Assembly: GCA_965113315.1 (NCBI GenBank)
Contig: OZ220366.1
Length of the DNA: 64,000 bases
Reading direction: 5' to 3' (one strand)
Source of the DNA: Podarcis vaucheri
Lineage: Eukaryota
Part shown: one piece after another, positions 59,027-64,000 of the stretch
Layout of the letters: every line of letters starts with the position of its first letter
How positions within the stretch are numbered: position 1 is the stretch's first letter
The notes under the pieces: generated by a model
Told to the model about the DNA's origin: nothing
The model's database searches: none
The model's input: only the letters and a program-made list of their open reading frames with translations
Translations under genes and position numbers: made by a program

Positions 59027-62000
59027 GAGAGGCTGTTCTTATATCCAAAACTGCATTACAAAAGCTGGAGAAGTCCATAATCCAAATGACAGTGGTGTTC
59101 CAATCCATGAGCAAGTTCAGGTATTTTTAATTGGATTGGTCTGCTGTGAAAAACAAACAAACCAGATTTTTAAGCCAGGAGGAGCTTGGGCTAGAATAGA
59201 GAATTCTCAGATGTCTCCAAGCGATGATCCTGGAAACTGGAAAGACTTCAAACATTTATACAGTAAGTCAGGCTGGGGCTTTGCCCAGGCAATAGCAGTG
59301 TTTCCTGGCAGTGACCCTCATACATAACATGATGGCTATGGTAATCTAAGAGCACACTCAATGGAAGTTTCAGCTCATACTTAGCATTTCTTCCAGTGGA
59401 GGTGATGGGGTGACTGTGGGGGAACAACGCTGGCTTCCCACATGTGGGCATGCTGGGGAAAAGTTGAACTCACTAAGCTCTGCCTATTGTGACTTGTGAA
59501 CATACCAAAGTGTAAAATGTTGTTTCTAGATGAAAGTCAAGGTGGGAAATAGGTAAACAGAGATTGCTCAGAGAAATTAGGCTGAGATATTGCATTCTGC
59601 TCTCATGCCAGTACTAGGCAAAAGGAAGGCTGCTTGTGGAAATGAGGCCCTGTGTTTGTGTGTGTCCACGAATATGCACATACGCAATGTATTACCTGTA
59701 TAGATTTCCTGTTTCCAGTATAATAGTCTCTCTGTTATGAACTCACTGAGGAATCCCCTGCTTCATCCTAAATATATGAGTTCCAGGCCTGATTCTGACA
59801 GGAGAGTGTCTCCAGAGGAATATGCAGTGGGATTTGCATGTGCTTTACAGACAAAAACAGAAATAAAGAGAAACCATCTGTGCAACTCAAAAAATGTTCA
59901 TTATTGTTTTTTGAAAATTGTTTCCTCGTTGCCTCATACTTATGCTTTTCCTCTTTCCTCATCTCCTCTGATTCAATATGTTCTTGAAACAGCTCTTGCA
60001 TTCCCTACTCCCTTCAACATCAACAATATTGCAACATGAAAAACGTTTCAAGCTTTATAAAGAGCTGTGGAAAATGCCCTTTAAAGCTCACTCTTAAACA
60101 GAAAGAAAATTTAATACTGTCTGCTTAATTTCTGCAGTTCCTCCCAGTCAAGTTCTTACTCTCCCCCCCCCCTCCTCTTCTTCATTCTCCAAGAAGGAGC
60201 GAAGTGCAGTTCTGAATTGCATAATGCAATTGCAGTGTTGGTATAAGATCTACATTAATGGCTACAAGGTAATCTGCCATTTCCTTTTCTTTAATCACAT
60301 GAATACAAACACATGTGTGCGCATTGATCCTACACATTTCTACTTGTGAGAAAGTCTTACTGAGTACAGTAGCGCTTACTTCCATGCAAACATCTATGGA
60401 ATTCCAAAAAAAGCCACTTTAGTCCTGTGAATCCCACACCCCAGATCAGCAGAATCTCTCTGACTTTTTAATCTCCTTGTTTTACTGGTGCGTGGGTATT
60501 TTCCTAATAAATGTATAAGCAAACAGGATCACTATAAACATAAATGTTTCTCAGCCAGTTCCTTGTTTTTAGTGCAAGGAGAAAAAGCCTTTTCAAAGAT
60601 CACGTTCAACATCTAAGGGCTCACATTTCCAGTTGTAGTAGCACTGGATTTGGAGCATGGAAAGCAATGTGAGAACAGCTAATTGAAGTCCTCTTGACAT
60701 ATGCCAGAACTGGAGGACAGTGCAGGACGGTGAAGATAGAAGGTGTTAGCCACAGCCATGGTACACTGTCTTGAGTTGAAGGTACTTTGTACTGTTCTTG
60801 GCAGAGCTATCCAGGTGTGCATGAGTGTGCATGCAAGGGAACTGTTTCTACAGTCCTTTATATATACCTGCACATTACTACTCTCTCTCTCAACATCAAT
60901 CTTAGTAGAGTCATAAAATTCACCTTAGAGAAAATAACTATACTTCAAAAAAGGAAGAATTTACCTTAAAGAATATATATATATCAAAAAATGCAAGCAC
61001 CTGCTGTGGTTCAGCAACATAGGTTAAGATCTTGATGAAGGACTCATTCCTAAAAAAGAAAAATGTTCTTTCCCAGAGCCAGGTGCTAGCTTCTCCAGTA
61101 TGGTTGATTTATTGGAAGAGGAGTGATACGTACAACACATTGAAGCAAATGTGAGCTCTGTGACAGGCCTAATCTCTGCTCAGTTCAGTTCTGTGCTGAG
61201 ATTACCATGTGCATTCATGACTCTTAGAAGATGATGTTTCTTCTGCATCCCTGGCTCAAGCCAGGTGCCGGTTTGCTGGATCCATCCATGACTTGCCCTG
61301 CTTTAGTTCTTCTCAAATTCAGGGTTGTCGATGCTCCCGCTGAGTCTCCTTTCATGCATCAGTAAATGTTATCATATTTCAGAGTATAAGACTACAAGTC
61401 TTGCAATGAGCTCGCCAGCTAAAGAGCCTAGGGATTCAGATAGATATTTGAATTAGATTTGCTCGTGTGAGATTTGTAGAGGGCCATAGGATTTATTGAG
61501 GAGTTTGCATATTGATTGTCTGAATTGTGGCTGCCAGCTACTGCAGTTCAAAGCACTTAATTTAGCATGGGCTTGGACTCTCTGTTCTCCCAGTGCACCA
61601 TGTCCACCTGTGCCTGCATTTTCTGGCCTGTACTCTCCTCTTGTTCTTAGGTTTCATATTTGCTTTTATTATTCTAATTTATTGAGTTAGTGAGAGCTTT
61701 TTGCCAGCATCTAAGCCTTTTACAGGAATTGCAGTTATTGTGTTCCACTGTGCTATATATTGAAGGTTTCTGGTTTAATTTAGTGGAACTTAAAATCCAT
61801 TGAAAGGGAAATTAAAATATTAACATATTGTAGATGGCTAACTTGATTAAAATACTGGTGGTGCCTATGTTTATTAGAGTACATTGGTGGAAAGAATTAT
61901 TGAATCAGCTTTTCAGCAGAGTGCTTTGCAAACATTTAGTGAATTAAGCTTCACAGAGCCACCTTGTTGGTTTGTCCACATTCACCTTTGTCATTTATGG

Positions 62001-62109
62001 ATGCGAGAAGGAACTGAGGTATGGTTATTAGGCAACAGAACATTCCAGCCACAAGTGCCATTGCCCAAGCATGGTCACATGTTGCGTTACTAACGATAGT
62101 ATTGGAGGG

Positions 62110-62384
62110 AGGCCCAGAGGCAGAGATGAGGCAGGCTGTTGAAGAAGCCAAGCCATGGGGTCTCCTGCTGTGACCAACTCCCCTCCCCCCGGTCTCCCAG
62201 AACCTACAGAGGTATGAAGAGGGTGGACCAGAGGTAGCCAAGGCATCAGAGGAAGCAAGATCTACCAGGAAGGGTTGCTGTCACTAGGCCTGGCATCCTG
62301 AGCTGTTTTGTTTCTTTGAATAGAGTTAGCTTCACTGGCACCATGCAAGTTATTGCTGACCTGCTCCTGGCACCCACCCTGACA
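62110..62384 (+). mobile_element. Partial copy of the LTR-like repeat
   Basis: Shares GAAGCCAAG..GG..TCCTGCTG, GGTCTCCCAGAA, TATGAAGAGG, CAAGGCATCAGA and the terminal CCTGCTCC...CCACCCTGACA with 49848-50319. Confidence 0.6.
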
Positions 62385-64000
62385 CTTGTCTGAACAAAAA
62401 TGTATTGAGCAAGTATTGAAGGCCTTGCATTTTTGACGCTGCTCTGATACCAAAAGGGAAAGAGGTCCAGAGGGCTTTTGTTGCAGCACCAGAGGTCCTG
62501 TTCTGGGTGACCATGGAGTGGACCTCAGGAACATGTGGCAACACTAAAAAGGCCCCTCTGGTCATGAGGACCATAGACTCTCCACAGGGCTCGTCCACAC
62601 TTCTGCTTGCCCCATTCCTAGAAAGCACAAGTCGGGGTGGTTTTCCCCTTGCCCTTCTCCTTTCCCAGGGAAAATATGCTCTTTAGTACTAAATTGGAGC
62701 CAACTTCCATCTGGAGAAAACCTGAATTGCTGTTTGCTCCAGAGCATTAAAGAGCAGCTTTCCATGGGACAAGAGAAAGTGTGAAAGATCCCTTAGTCAT
62801 CAGTTGTTTAGGACAACTTCCTGTTTAGTAACAGGAAAAACCGTAAACCATGTCCAGGAGCATATTGACACTATTGCAGTTCCTTAGCAGTGGTGTGTTC
62901 TGCACCAACTGCAACTTCCAAACCAGTCATAAGGGCAGCAACACACTCCCATTTACTCTGCTTCCAGTGCACTCCCAACACTGCCTAGTAGGTTGGCTTA
63001 TTCCCTTTTTAAAAACAGAAAACAAAAAACAAGAGCCTAGCCTTTGCCTCATTTGGCAACAATGCACTTTCAAATACGGAAAGGAGTCTTCAGTTGTTTT
63101 CTGTCTTCTTGGATCCATTCAGATAAGTTTGGCACAGGGAATACCACTCTGTGAAAGTGAAATTGGAACTACTTAATTTGGTTTTCCTTGTAATACATAT
63201 TCTGGTTCAGATCTGCGATCTTGGCCTGTTCACAGATTCAGCTGTAGGGAAAGTGGCTCAGATAGTCTGCTTTGCATCAAGGTGGAGCATGCAGGTGAAG
63301 GCTGGAACTGGTATACAAATGGCATAGCAAGAAGTTTTAAAGTGTTGGCCCTAGCAAGGGTGTGTATGTTGAAGTGAGGGGTGCAAGTTGGAAGATTCTG
63401 GCAGCAAAATGTCTGGGCTGGAACTTAGGACAGCTCATTCCAACATGCTTTGAAAAATAATGTACTTAGAGATTTCTATCCCCTCCCATACTGAGGAATA
63501 TTAGGGGTAGATGGGAATCAAGCATTCATAAAATATGCCACACATTTTCCAGGCTTCTGTTTATATTTTTCACTCTGCCTTCCCATGTTTTGGACTTCAT
63601 CTATTTTAGGTGATCCCTGTTACTGCCATTGTCACAGCTTTGATATTGCTTCTCTCTTGATGTGAGAGATACTTTATGGACAAGTTATTATGAAGCAAAA
63701 TACTGAAAACAGTTGTGAGATCTCCTTTTACATAGACTAAAAATATATCAAGAATTGTCTAGGATGCCCTGATACAAGATACATTAGATGACTTTTGATA
63801 CACTTTTTCTATTTTCTATTTATGTTTTCTGAAAAACAACAATTCTAGTGCTTTGAAACAGATTTGTATAATAACAGTGTGTCCTTGGGGAAAAAATCTC
63901 ATTCTTACAAAATCTATTGTTTTTCTGTAAACATGCCTCTTTTTCTCCCTTCCTTTCTCTCTGTGTCCTCAGCACTCCAAAATATTGTACAGGGCCCTTA

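Overview
Vertebrate nuclear DNA, very probably from a squamate reptile. Sauria SINEs, a tRNA-Lys/CR1-tail SINE and the CR1/L2 types point to a lacertid-like lizard (inference). The window is intronic or intergenic, and I could not identify a host protein-coding exon. The only candidate is a strong splice-acceptor-like site in the last ~120 bp. The real coding sequence is a young, 5'-truncated ~3.9-kb CR1 LINE (about 53565-57439, +). It has an ORF1 SGNH/GDSL esterase domain and an APE-endonuclease/RT ORF2 broken only by two single-base homopolymer deletions. The rest is a layered TE landscape: CR1, L2 and Penelope fragments; Sauria, MIR/CORE-like, Squam3-like and tRNA-Lys SINEs; hAT, Tc1/mariner and Harbinger MITEs, several nested with readable TSDs; and an LTR-like repeat. 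There are also microsatellites, a 200-N scaffold gap with oddly CpG-rich flanks, and several TE-free blocks that may be conserved non-coding elements. Most short ORFs in the track are spurious. I found no convincing novel multi-gene system. Family names come from my recall of consensus features, not from database searches.
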